DNA of 64,000 nt from an uncultured Chthonomonadaceae bacterium (GCA_963817895.1 CAWFQB010000004.1:1-64000), one strand, 5' to 3'. Positions 44,346 through 53,547 are shown, numbered from the stretch's first letter. The notes: a model not told the origin generated them from the letters alone. A program made the numbers and translations.

Positions 44346-45098
44346 ATGCTTGAACACCAGCCCACGACAGAGGAGAACACCGCCGATCTTTTGCCGCAAA
44401 CTCACACTCTCTCTGTTAGGCTGCCGACGCAAGCCTACGCCGTTCTCGTTCGTTACGTGGCACAAACACAATCTGCTAACGCAGACACAGAAACCATTCG
44501 CGCCCAATTGGAAGAATTGACACTTGCGTACTTGGAACTCGACGCCCCACCCCACGAAGCCGCGCAGTCCGCCATCCGGCAATGGGAGAATGAGCGGCTG
44601 GTGCTGGGAGAGGGACAGGCGCTTTCCACGCAAAGTAAACCCTATCATTCCACACGGTCTGCGCGTCCGGCAACGCTTACTGCCCTGAAACTGTTTGGAG
44701 CAGGCGCGTTGGCTTTAACCACGATTACGCCTTTTCTCATTGGCACAAGCGTTCCCTCCATCTGGTACTCATTGATGATATTTCTGATAATCGGGCTGCC
44801 TGCCTTGTTGGGAATAGCGGTCGGAATACGCGCTCGGCAACGTCCTGTCTTGGGAACATTCTACGCTGTAAGTCTGTTGATTCCCAGTGTTGCGCTCATC
44901 ACGGAACTGATAATGGACATCTTCACGCAGTATCCTCACGAAGGCTGGATGTTGGGCATGGACATCGGGCTGTTCTGGCTGCCGATTGGCTGCCTGACAG
45001 CGGGCCTGACCGGATGGGGACGTAACCAGCGCCACAAACGCCAACAATATGCGGTAAACCGAATGACTTCCCTGCACGCGGCGGAAAGTAGACTATGA
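44346..45098 (+). CDS. Hypothetical membrane protein
   Basis: AAGGAG RBS; ~4 TM segments; only credible plus-strand gene in the array. Confidence 0.65.
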   Translation: MLEHQPTTEENTADLLPQTHTLSVRLPTQAYAVLVRYVAQTQSANADTETIRAQLEELTLAYLELDAPPHEAAQSAIRQWENERLVLGEGQALSTQSKPYHSTRSARPATLTALKLFGAGALALTTITPFLIGTSVPSIWYSLMIFLIIGLPALLGIAVGIRARQRPVLGTFYAVSLLIPSVALITELIMDIFTQYPHEGWMLGMDIGLFWLPIGCLTAGLTGWGRNQRHKRQQYAVNRMTSLHAAESRL

Positions 45099-45207
45099 AT
45101 GGAATTCTCGTGACTGATTTCGGGGCAGCAAAGGGGAATGCAACAAATGTTTGAAGAATGTTCTATACCCGGAATGGAGGGCTTCTTAGAGGGAGTGGGC
45201 CAGGCGG

Positions 45208-45251
45208 ATAACAAGAAGCAGGCGGAAAATTTTCCGCCTGCTTCTTGTTAT
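45208..45251. terminator. Perfect 44-bp palindrome between convergent genes
   Basis: ATAACAAGAAGCAGGCGGAAAA|TTTTCCGCCTGCTTCTTGTTAT. Confidence 0.65.
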
Positions 45252-45350
45252 ACCATTTTTGGATAGTCGTAGGCTCCGATATTGTGCGTTGACGGGGCAT
45301 AGGCATTTGGACATGTTACTCCTGTCCCGCAGAAGCGCGTACAACATGTG

Positions 45351-45842
45351 TCAATCAATGCCTTGCTTGTACTTCCACCAGTCCAGCCCCCATACGGCAA
45401 GCCCTGCGATAAAACAGACCACGCCTAGAAGTATTTGCGTTTGACTGTCATCCGTGTTGGGAGAAGCGCCTTGTACGGCGCGCTCTTGGATGTAGTGCCT
45501 GAACAGGATAAAGCCGCCAATCCCCCAGGCTGCTAAAGGCGTCAGGCAACTTGGCTTCTGGCGTGTAGACGGGTCTGACGAAGACGGTTGGGGCGGCCCC
45601 AAACTGATGAAGTGAGACAGCGCCGCAGGCTTCCCCGTTGGTTTATAGACAAACAGGTAGTACCCGCTGGCACATGCGAGCAAGCCGCCCATTATCCAGA
45701 TGACGTACTTTGCATTGCCTAAAGAAGGCGAGTCTTCGCTAGATACGAAACTGCTCCCAATCCCAAGCAAGGAGTAGATCAAAATAGCCCAGGCAACACC
45801 GCGTAGCCATTTGGGTTTAGTTGGTTGGGGTTGATCGTCCAC
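45351..45842 (-). CDS. Hypothetical membrane protein (cassette cargo)
   Basis: 4 hydrophobic segments. Confidence 0.6.
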   Translation of the reverse strand: MDDQPQPTKPKWLRGVAWAILIYSLLGIGSSFVSSEDSPSLGNAKYVIWIMGGLLACASGYYLFVYKPTGKPAALSHFISLGPPQPSSSDPSTRQKPSCLTPLAAWGIGGFILFRHYIQERAVQGASPNTDDSQTQILLGVVCFIAGLAVWGLDWWKYKQGID

Positions 45843-46011
45843 TGGTTGCGCTTCCTTTCTCCTGTGCTTCTGCCGATGCTCTCACCAACAGTTCCTCATA
45901 CCTCTCCTGCCTTTCCTGTGCCGCCCGAAGCAACACAGCCTTTTGTGCCTGCGTCGGTTCCGAAGATGCGCGAACTAGGCTGTCGGTGATGGGAAGGTCG
46001 GCGGTATTGGC
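45817..46011 (-). pseudogene. Orphan C-terminal module of the LVRA family
   Basis: ANTADLPITDSLVRASSEPTQAQKAVLLRAAQERQERYEELLVRA with in-frame stop just upstream and no start. Confidence 0.8.
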
Positions 46012-46025
46012 ATACTCTTATTGGT

Positions 46026-46418
46026 TCAACCCAGAGGAGATTTCTTCCATCTGCGGTTGACTTTCTTGTACTTCCTTTTTAGTTGCTCGTAATAACGCCG
46101 TTCCGACTGTTCACGATTACGAGGCGTGGTGCGGTTGTGTGTCGCCACTGGGTCTACTTCGGAAACCTCCACAACGCGAATGGTTATGCCATCGCCAACG
46201 TGCAGCGTCTCGTCTAACCATTTCCCAACTTCAGAGAATTCTTCTGTTCCGCAAACCGCGCTAACATGAAAATTGACTTTATTATCATGCGGATAATCAC
46301 GAGGGTCTCTGACAGACTGATGCTGAAGCCATGTGAGCATTGCCGACATTAAGCCATTCCCCGTTATGCCAGTGGTACATTTCTTGCCACCATTGATACT
46401 TATCTCGAAGGCTAACAC
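46026..46418 (-). CDS. Hypothetical protein (cassette cargo)
   Basis: GGAGGA RBS, GTG start, LAFEISING.. Confidence 0.6.
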   Translation of the reverse strand: MLAFEISINGGKKCTTGITGNGLMSAMLTWLQHQSVRDPRDYPHDNKVNFHVSAVCGTEEFSEVGKWLDETLHVGDGITIRVVEVSEVDPVATHNRTTPRNREQSERRYYEQLKRKYKKVNRRWKKSPLG

Positions 46419-46449
46419 AGTTCCTCCAACTTCTGAATAAATATGTTTC

Positions 46450-46863
46450 CTATTCTTGTTCCACAGACGCCCGTACCAACTGCTCAGGCGGTGTCTCCAC
46501 CCCTTCTGCGGCGGCGCGGAGAAGGACGGATTCCTGCGCCTGCGTCGGTTCTGATGACGCGCGAACAAGAGAATCGTGCGCGGGCAGGTGAGAGATAGTG
46601 GCAAGTTGTACGTTATTGCGCTCACAATAATCTTGCGTAAAGCGGTACAGCGTGAGCCAGGGCGCTTGCGTCTTCTTTCGTAAGAGCGACACTAGACCCA
46701 ACAATGTCGGTAGGTGTTCTTTGTCCGATGACGCTTGTAGTTCTTCTGCCAATATGGTTTCAAAAACTTGGTGCCAGTCAATATGGTATCTCTTGCGTAC
46801 TAACAGGGATGGTATTTCGCTTGGCTTATTAGTTTCAGGTTCGCTACCCGTCGTCGGCTCCAT
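46450..46863 (-). CDS. MEPKTGK...LVRA family protein (soluble variable region)
   Basis: MEPTTG; HLPAHDSLVRASSEP..VLLRAA..EQLVRA. Confidence 0.82.
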   Translation of the reverse strand: MEPTTGSEPETNKPSEIPSLLVRKRYHIDWHQVFETILAEELQASSDKEHLPTLLGLVSLLRKKTQAPWLTLYRFTQDYCERNNVQLATISHLPAHDSLVRASSEPTQAQESVLLRAAAEGVETPPEQLVRASVEQE

Positions 46864-46884
46864 CTCTGCACCCTCCTGCCTGTG

Positions 46885-47286
46885 CTACCACATATCTTCT
46901 TCGGCTGTTTTGACCGCCTCGCAGAACTTTGAGTATTCAGGATGATCGGGTTTGAACGTACTTATGCCTGTCCAGTGCATAGTGGTTCCCTCGGCTTCGT
47001 TTACCCAGCCTGTTCCAGAACAACGCATGGTGAGCGCACCGTCAGGCAAAAAGCGAGCAGAAGAAAGGTTGTACCAGGTATAAAACTGAGTATTCTGAGC
47101 ATTTGTCACCATCAGGCTCTTGATGGCCCCGGAACTATGTATTGAATACTTATCCTTCTGGATCGAAGTATAGTACATGCGCGGCTTCTTCTTTGCCACT
47201 TCCGTTTCTTTAGTCCTCTCGCTCTCAAACCGCTTCCGAATTGCTCGCACTTGTGGCGTCCACCTTCCAAGCGCTCTACTTCCCAC
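46885..47286 (-). CDS. Hypothetical protein (cassette cargo; start uncertain)
   Basis: Stop abuts the conserved leader of the next family gene. Confidence 0.5.
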   Translation of the reverse strand: MGSRALGRWTPQVRAIRKRFESERTKETEVAKKKPRMYYTSIQKDKYSIHSSGAIKSLMVTNAQNTQFYTWYNLSSARFLPDGALTMRCSGTGWVNEAEGTTMHWTGISTFKPDHPEYSKFCEAVKTAEEDMW

Positions 47287-47475
47287 ATTCGCCGCCGCTT
47301 ACCAAACTCCTGCCCTTCTGTAAATAAATGCTGCGGCAAACTGGGCGGCAGACAAATTGAGGCGCGGCAAGCAGGCGTAGCAAGAGAGTGGCACGGTAGT
47401 GCCCCTTGTCAGCCGCGCAAGCCATCCATTGCCGCCCTCTTGACGTTGCTCCCTTCCATACAAGCCAGGCCACCA
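47281..47475 (-). repeat. ~200-bp non-coding repeat copy B
   Basis: Aligns with copy A; TTGCGC-N16-TACCGT. Confidence 0.7.
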
Positions 47476-47584
47476 ATGCGCGAAGGCAGCGGACAACGGG
47501 AATAAGGAGCCACCATACCCGGTGGTGGATGCGGTGGCTTTGATGCTGTTTGCGGTTTAGAGAACCCTGCGAAAATGATTGCTG

Positions 47585-47863
47585 CTAAACTTTCCAGCGA
47601 CCGTCTACATATTGTTTGAGTTCGTTTCGGTAATCACTCGCACTGCCGCGCTCCATTTCAGGAACATGGACATCGCAGTACCGATTGATAAACTGATAAG
47701 CACTTAGCCAATCTGCATCGCTCTGATCACGAAGCCACAAGGTCAGACCCAATCGTGTTACCACTACGCCTTCCGCAGTACGGCGGTCGATCTCTTGCGC
47801 TAACGCCTCCTCATACTTCGGGCCACGATAGGGACACGTCAGCGGATTACCAGTCAAAGACAT
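47585..47863 (-). CDS. Hypothetical protein (cassette cargo)
   Basis: GGGAG RBS; follows a family gene. Confidence 0.55.
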   Translation of the reverse strand: MSLTGNPLTCPYRGPKYEEALAQEIDRRTAEGVVVTRLGLTLWLRDQSDADWLSAYQFINRYCDVHVPEMERGSASDYRNELKQYVDGRWKV

Positions 47864-47883
47864 TTTTATCTCCCTAACCTGTG

Positions 47884-48099
47884 TTACTCTCTATGCCCCT
47901 CCACCGCCCGCACCAATTGCTCCTCATGCCTCTCATTCCCCTCGGTTGCGGCTCTCAGCAACACGGCCTCCTGCGCCTGCAACGGTGCCAAAGAAGCGCG
48001 AACCAGAATGTCAGATGGCTGAATTGGTGGCTCTGGTTCTCCTAACAAAACCACTATCACCCGCTCTATAAACTGACGCTTCCCCGTCTTCGGCTCCAT
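47884..48099 (-). CDS. Minimal MEPKTGK...LVRA family protein (71 aa)
   Basis: MEPKTGKR + ~20 aa + ILVRAS..VLLRAA..EQLVRA. Confidence 0.8.
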   Translation of the reverse strand: MEPKTGKRQFIERVIVVLLGEPEPPIQPSDILVRASLAPLQAQEAVLLRAATEGNERHEEQLVRAVEGHRE

Positions 48100-48127
48100 C
48101 CTTGCGCCTCCTTCCTGTCTCTATGCA

Positions 48128-48205
48128 CTGCCGTCTCCCGCCTACGCTCCCGGCCTCGTATCCTGCCTCTGTTGGTGGGGAGGGCTTCTGCGGCTTCTGT
48201 GTCCC
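48128..48205. repeat. ~80-bp repeat shared with 49589-49670
   Basis: ctgcc.tctcccgc.tacgctccc.gcctcgt.tcctgcc.ctgt...ttctgtgtccc. Confidence 0.7.
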
Positions 48206-48216
48206 TGCGTGTCGGC

Positions 48217-48633
48217 TTACTCTTTGGCTCCGGCATGTTGGAGAAGGCTGATTACTGCCTTAACGTCTTTAGTGCGTTGGCTGGCAGGGTAGTTGTGTAA
48301 ACCTACCCACCTTATAGGCAAATTGTACTTCGCGAGTTCTAAGGCTGAACTATCAGCAGGATTTTGTCGGCTGACAGTGTTGAGCCACAACCGCCAACTA
48401 GGGGTACTCACATAATAGTCTGAGAACCATAATCCCCGCGCATTTGCACCGGCTCCCTGTTGGAGCAATCGTGAAACGGCAGGAGGATCGGGAAATAAAA
48501 TGGCAGCAATCAACGCTTGGTTCAACTTTGCTTGTCGCCATGCCTGCCACGTCAATACAGCAGGTACAGCCATCAGTATCACGAGCAGCCCGCAAACAAG
48601 TAAAGTCAAACGCAAAAATCGGTGTTTCTTCAT
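48217..48633 (-). CDS. Membrane-anchored ankyrin-like protein
   Basis: TM, RQAKLNQALIAAI..LLQQGAGANAR, LLQHAGAKE. Confidence 0.75.
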   Translation of the reverse strand: MKKHRFLRLTLLVCGLLVILMAVPAVLTWQAWRQAKLNQALIAAILFPDPPAVSRLLQQGAGANARGLWFSDYYVSTPSWRLWLNTVSRQNPADSSALELAKYNLPIRWVGLHNYPASQRTKDVKAVISLLQHAGAKE

Positions 48634-49121
48634 ACTTTCCTCTGCCCTTCCACCGCCCGTACCAATTCCTCCTCATGCCTATCCTGCCCTTCTGCGGCGG
48701 CTCTCAGTAAAACGGCCTGCTGTGCCTGCATCGGCTCGGAAGAAGCGCGTACCAGGCTGTCAGGAGCAGGAAGGTCAGCGGTATTGAAGCGGGTGAGAGG
48801 AACGCCAAGATTAATCTGGTTAGCCCTGTTTTCTGCGGCTTTGTAGGCGCGAATGGTTGCTCGCAAAGGGGTTTTCATCAGCATCAATAAATGGGAAGTC
48901 GTTTGGTGGCAGGGCGCATCTTGAGCATATAGCATTCTCGGAAAGTGTCTTATAAGGCCGTCTAAGATAGATAATATGATGAGACTTGGCAACAACACTA
49001 TTACCTGACATACCACCACAATGCAATGAAAAATGCACAAAGCCATCCAAGCCTCGCGAAGGAACATTCGCCGTACATACTCCCCTTTACTCACAATCTT
49101 CTTACCCGTCGTCGGCTCCAT
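48630..49121 (-). CDS. MEPKTGK...LVRA family protein
   Basis: MEPTTGKKIVSKGEY; PLTRFNTADLPAPDSLVRASSEP..VLLRAA..EELVRA. Confidence 0.85.
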   Translation of the reverse strand: MEPTTGKKIVSKGEYVRRMFLREAWMALCIFHCIVVVCQVIVLLPSLIILSILDGLIRHFPRMLYAQDAPCHQTTSHLLMLMKTPLRATIRAYKAAENRANQINLGVPLTRFNTADLPAPDSLVRASSEPMQAQQAVLLRAAAEGQDRHEEELVRAVEGQRKV

Positions 49122-49163
49122 CCCTGCGCCTCCTGCCTCTGCTGTCTGTCCTGTGGCTGTTCG

Positions 49164-49475
49164 TCAGTTTCGGTAGTGAACGCTCGACTCCTGCTGCCCT
49201 GCTTTCACGAATTCTATTCCTCTCTCGTCCCATACGCGCACGAAAATTAAATAAAAGCCACTCCCGCCGTCTATGCTCCCTTGATGTCCGACGCGCCATT
49301 GCCGCCAGTGGCGCAGAGGCGTCACGTAGTAATTTCGCTCCTCCAACTCTCTAAAGACCCTACCCTCGGCTGTGGTGTACGTTTTCGTATGATTGGGGAG
49401 AGGCCGAGCAATCCAACAGAGTGCCGCAAGCATCAGAACTAGGGGCATCTTCACGAGACAAGAGAGGCTGTTCAT
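49164..49475 (-). CDS. Hypothetical exported protein (cassette cargo)
   Basis: GGGGAG RBS, hydrophobic N-term. Confidence 0.45.
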   Translation of the reverse strand: MNSLSCLVKMPLVLMLAALCWIARPLPNHTKTYTTAEGRVFRELEERNYYVTPLRHWRQWRVGHQGSIDGGSGFYLIFVRVWDERGIEFVKAGQQESSVHYRN

Positions 49476-49602
49476 GCTCCCCACATTCGTCATTGCTACC
49501 AAGATTTCTACCTGCCTTTCGCCTCACTCCTCTGCTTCCCCGCCTGCTCTTTTCAGGTTCGCAGTCCCCTTCGACCTGTCTGTACGTCCTGCCATCTCCC
49601 GC

Positions 49603-50235
49603 TTACGCTCCCAGCCTCGTGTCCTGCCCCTGTGGGGAAGGTTGGGGCGGTTCTGCTGTTTCTGTGTCCCATACGGAGCCATTTTTGGTATGCTTGACGC
49701 CAAGCAACACGCGGATCGCCGTCACATAGCGCTCAAACACTTTACTGCGTTGTGAGCCGGTCTCCTGGCTCCTCAATGCTGGCTTGCTTACGTCTGCGTC
49801 AGAGGGATAGTCACAAGTATTCTGAATCCTTCGTGACTTCCCTTTCTGTCCCGACTGCTCAATCATCAGCCCCCAGCGTTCGGAACCGTTGAACGGCCCC
49901 GGCTTCTCCTGTAACCATTGCCACAGGTGTACCGCCTCCATTTCCTGCCAGAACTGCTTCCAGGCTTGGGGAGAAGGAGTGACTTCTTTGACATCTGGTA
50001 TTATTATCCCGAAGTGTACCGGGAAAGTGAAGTATTCCAGTGCCTTGCCGTTCCAGTTGACTTCATAGTGGTCTTTTCTATCTTCAATATACAGTGCGAA
50101 GCACTTGGGGAGGTACGGCGCTTTTGTGTTGATAGGCGAATTCTTTTTGGACTGTGCTGGTAAGGGCAACGTATAAATGGATAAGAGAACAAAAAGCCAT
50201 GCGAAACTAAGTTGATTCGTCTTCCTGTTCATCAT
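49603..50235 (-). CDS. Hypothetical secreted protein (cassette cargo)
   Basis: Signal peptide; ATGA overlap with upstream family gene. Confidence 0.65.
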   Translation of the reverse strand: MMNRKTNQLSFAWLFVLLSIYTLPLPAQSKKNSPINTKAPYLPKCFALYIEDRKDHYEVNWNGKALEYFTFPVHFGIIIPDVKEVTPSPQAWKQFWQEMEAVHLWQWLQEKPGPFNGSERWGLMIEQSGQKGKSRRIQNTCDYPSDADVSKPALRSQETGSQRSKVFERYVTAIRVLLGVKHTKNGSVWDTETAEPPQPSPQGQDTRLGA

Positions 50236-50721
50236 TCCTCCTGCCCTTCCACAGCCCGCACCAACTGCTCAGGCGGCGTCTCGTGTCCCTGGGCGGCGGC
50301 GCGGAGGAGGACGGACTGCTGCGTTCTGTTGCGGTACCGAAGACGCGCGTACCAGACTGTCAGAGGCGGGAAGTTCGGCGGTGTTAGCGCGGGTGAGGGG
50401 CTGTAAGTCCCTAATAACAATTCTACTTTTATGACTTTCTCGCCACAGAACACGAAGGGTATAGCCAAGTGGCCCCAATAAGAAAAGACACCAAAAAAAA
50501 GCCATCATTGCATGTGTAATCGTAGGAACATATCTGACGTTATAACGCATCAATCCGCTCTGTTCCTGTGCGTCTAAGGCGCAGGCGGAGGGAATGTTTA
50601 CCAGTAACAACACGATGCCGAGGCCGCAAACCAAAACGCTGCTACATAGAAATAATGAGAGTGACTGCGCCTTAACATATTCGCCCTTGCTCACAATCCG
50701 CTTGCCCATCTTTCGCTCCAT
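50232..50721 (-). CDS. MEPKTGK...LVRA family protein (frameshift ~50325)
   Basis: MERKMGKRIVSKGEY; PLTRANTAELPASDSLVRASS; shifted SVLLRAA..EQLVRAVEGQEE. Confidence 0.82.
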
Positions 50722-50739
50722 CCCTGCGCCTCCTTCTCT

Positions 50740-51186
50740 CTACTCCTGTCCATTCACCGCCCGCACCAATTCCTCCGATGGTGTCTGACTTCCCTCTGAG
50801 GCGGCACGGAGCAATATGGTTTGTTGTACCTGAACCGGCTCCGAAGAAGCGCGAACAAGGCTGTCCGCGCCGGGTAGGTCGGCAGTGTTGGAGCGGGTGA
50901 GAGGGAGGCCCGAATCTGTTTCTTTCGCTTCTTTTACTGCACCTACGCCGAAGTAGAGAAGCGCAACGGATAAACCACCCATGAACAAGATTATAAACAC
51001 AAGAAGCGGTAACTCCGACCATTTGAAGCGCACAAGTCCCATGCCAAACAAACCACAGGTGCAGACGAAACAAAACCCTCCGATTAGAAAAACAATTACG
51101 CCGAAGGAAGATAAGGCCAACTTACTTCCAAGATTGACGGCGTACCTGCCTTTACTCACGATCTGTTTACCCGTCTTCTGTTCCAT
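50740..51186 (-). CDS. MEPKTGK...LVRA family protein (first in array)
   Basis: MEQKTGKQIVSKGRY; PLTRSNTADLPGADSLVRASSEP..ILLRAA..EELVRA. Confidence 0.85.
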   Translation of the reverse strand: MEQKTGKQIVSKGRYAVNLGSKLALSSFGVIVFLIGGFCFVCTCGLFGMGLVRFKWSELPLLVFIILFMGGLSVALLYFGVGAVKEAKETDSGLPLTRSNTADLPGADSLVRASSEPVQVQQTILLRAASEGSQTPSEELVRAVNGQE

Positions 51187-51288
51187 CTTTACGCCTTTTG
51201 TTACTCTGCATGTCTGCCATTTCAGCATATTACAACTTCGAGGCTAAGAGCGTTTAGAAAAAGTAAAATCCTGCGTTTCTATTCGGCC

Positions 51289-51750
51289 TCAATGTCGCCT
51301 CGCAACGTATTGAAAGCGTTGCGCTTTCACTTCGATGATGCGCCTGCACGGGGCAAAGTAGGCATCAGAAAAGACTTTTTCTAAACGCTCTAACAATGCC
51401 AGCCCCAGAAATGTTGCCAGCAGTGGAAGCAGGAACATCACCAGCACAGCCATCGCATAGAAGGCATGATCGGGATAACGCCCGTTCACGGCTGTCACTG
51501 CCCAACAGCCGAAAACCACATTGACCACACTGCTGATACACAAGCCAACCATCCAAAAGGCTCCGACAACTATCATATCAGGACTGCCACTGCGAACCGC
51601 CTCTCCCAAGCGCCCTCCGATCCACATAGCGATCTGGCAGGCACATCCAGGCTGAGATAACCAACGTCCGAGACCAAGAAGTATGAATATCGTCACTGAC
51701 GCAATTTTGGACATGATGGTTTCGTAGCCTCTGCACAATCGTGAAGGCAA
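51289..51750 (-). CDS. Hypothetical membrane protein
   Basis: Several hydrophobic segments. Confidence 0.5.
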   Translation of the reverse strand: MPSRLCRGYETIMSKIASVTIFILLGLGRWLSQPGCACQIAMWIGGRLGEAVRSGSPDMIVVGAFWMVGLCISSVVNVVFGCWAVTAVNGRYPDHAFYAMAVLVMFLLPLLATFLGLALLERLEKVFSDAYFAPCRRIIEVKAQRFQYVARRH

Positions 51751-51867
51751 GGTCGGTAATCACTACATTATCTGATACAGCAGTGTAGGCTTACGCCTAC
51801 TGTGGTGATCTTCGCTATGGCTCATTCCGGCAAAAGGGCCAATGGCTTGCGCCGGTCGAGCCACAAA

Positions 51868-52467
51868 TTACCGTTTCGCGCCTGCGTTGAGAAGCATTTG
51901 AACAATCTCAGGATGATGAAATTCGCGTGCATAGTGGAGCGCACCCCAATTGCTGTCTTCGTGATCGTAGACATCTACATCGGCTCCTCGGTCAAGAAGC
52001 GCTTGCACAATGTCCGTGTATCCTTCGGCAGCGGCCCAGATGAGAACAGGCAGATCGTCGTCGTTGAGAGCGTTGAAATCACGCGCGCCATGTTCAATCA
52101 GGGCTTTGACGACAACAGCATCGCCATGACTTTGTTTCATCCCTAACGCCAGTTGCAGTGTGGAGCGCGGATATTCTTCCATATCATCTGCGGCGTTTGT
52201 GACTGCGGGAGATCGCTGATAATACGCATGAAACACTTGCCAGAACGTTGGAAGTGGTTTGTCGCTGTCACGCGCATTGGCGTTGGCTCCGGCGTCTAGC
52301 GCGTTCAGCACGGCATTAGCGTTGTCGGCAAGGATAGCAGCAATCAGGTCATGGTCAACATGCTGTTGCCGATACTGCTTGTACGGCAAGGCGCATACAG
52401 CCAGCACGAACAACAAAGGAAACAGGATAGGAGAGAAATGGGCAGGACGTTGAAAATGGTGGATCAT
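51868..52467 (-). CDS. Membrane-anchored ankyrin protein
   Basis: TM, DLIAAI..GANANARD, LIWAAAEG, GALHYA. Confidence 0.85.
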   Translation of the reverse strand: MIHHFQRPAHFSPILFPLLFVLAVCALPYKQYRQQHVDHDLIAAILADNANAVLNALDAGANANARDSDKPLPTFWQVFHAYYQRSPAVTNAADDMEEYPRSTLQLALGMKQSHGDAVVVKALIEHGARDFNALNDDDLPVLIWAAAEGYTDIVQALLDRGADVDVYDHEDSNWGALHYAREFHHPEIVQMLLNAGAKR

Positions 52468-52688
52468 GGTTTACGCTCCGCGTCGCCGCACGTATCATCT
52501 GATCAGAAGGCTCGACAATTCATAGACACTTCTTGATCTTGAGCCTACCTCTGATTGCTGGTTGTCTTCATCCCAGTGGAACATAAACGTTCCTCGCCAG
52601 TATGCACCATCTGCTGCCAAGTTGTTAGTGTACGAATGGAGTAAACTTCTACAAAGGCAAGCAATGAACAATTCGCCTTGAAGTGTGT

Positions 52689-53335
52689 CTATTTCGCTCC
52701 TGCGTTCTTTAGCAGCCTGATGAGATTAGCGTTTCTATCCGCCAGCATCAGGGCTGTATCACCATTGTCATCACGAAGATTGGGATTTGCCCCATTCGAG
52801 AGCAAGATGGAAGCCGTCTGCATAAATTCATCGTTTATGGCCCACATGAGCGGCGTTCTTCCCATGTATCCTTTGGCATCCAGATTAGCCCCCTTGTTTA
52901 TCAAGGCCGCCACGATAGCAGGTTCATCAGTTTCCTTTTCAAGACAGAACCGGTATCCTCTATCAGATGTCTCATAAACAATCTGCCCGTTTGTCATTGT
53001 CATTTGCGTTAGCACCGGTTGGCCTCCACCTACGGCGAGGAGCAATGCTGTTCGGCTGGAATTTTGGTTTCCCCAATGTCGGCCTCGTAGTCTCAGGAGC
53101 CATTGCTGCCAATTGGACACATTGCGATACTCGCTGTCTGTGGCATTGGGGTTTGCACCCCTGGCAAGGGCTACGAGTACAGGCTTGGTGTAGCCTTGTT
53201 CAACGGCAGCAATAAGAGCCTGATCCAACTGTGTCTGCCGCCATGCGCGCCACATCAGCACAACGGGAACCGCCAACAGCACCAACATCAGGCCAGACGC
53301 GATCAGGGTAGTACGGGAGGCGTGTGGCGTGTCAT
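52689..53335 (-). CDS. Membrane-anchored ankyrin protein (N-terminal frameshift)
   Basis: RQTQLDQALIAAV..GANPN, GRTPLMWA, GDTALMLA. Confidence 0.85.
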
Positions 53336-53340
53336 AGCGT

Positions 53341-53547
53341 TTATTCCTTTCTGGTGGACGACCTATTCACGCGAAAGCCGACAATTAGGCAGACGATACT
53401 CGTTATCCCGGTAACGAGCGTGTAGGTTTGAAAATCCGATGTTGCCTGAGCATTGTCGCCTAATCCACCCACCAGCCCAGTAAAGAAGGCTAGTCCCAGG
53501 GTCACGAACAATCCCAGCGCGCCGAGGCAAATCAAGGTAGTTCGCAT
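53341..53547 (-). CDS. Small 2-TM protein
   Basis: AAGGA RBS, two hydrophobic helices. Confidence 0.55.
   Translation of the reverse strand: MRTTLICLGALGLFVTLGLAFFTGLVGGLGDNAQATSDFQTYTLVTGITSIVCLIVGFRVNRSSTRKE

Noticed and set aside
40664..51186. CRISPR array, classical integron or DGR as explanation for the repeats
   Set aside because: Repeats are long, diverged and protein-coding; no cas genes, IntI tyrosine recombinase, convincing attC sites or reverse transcriptase seen
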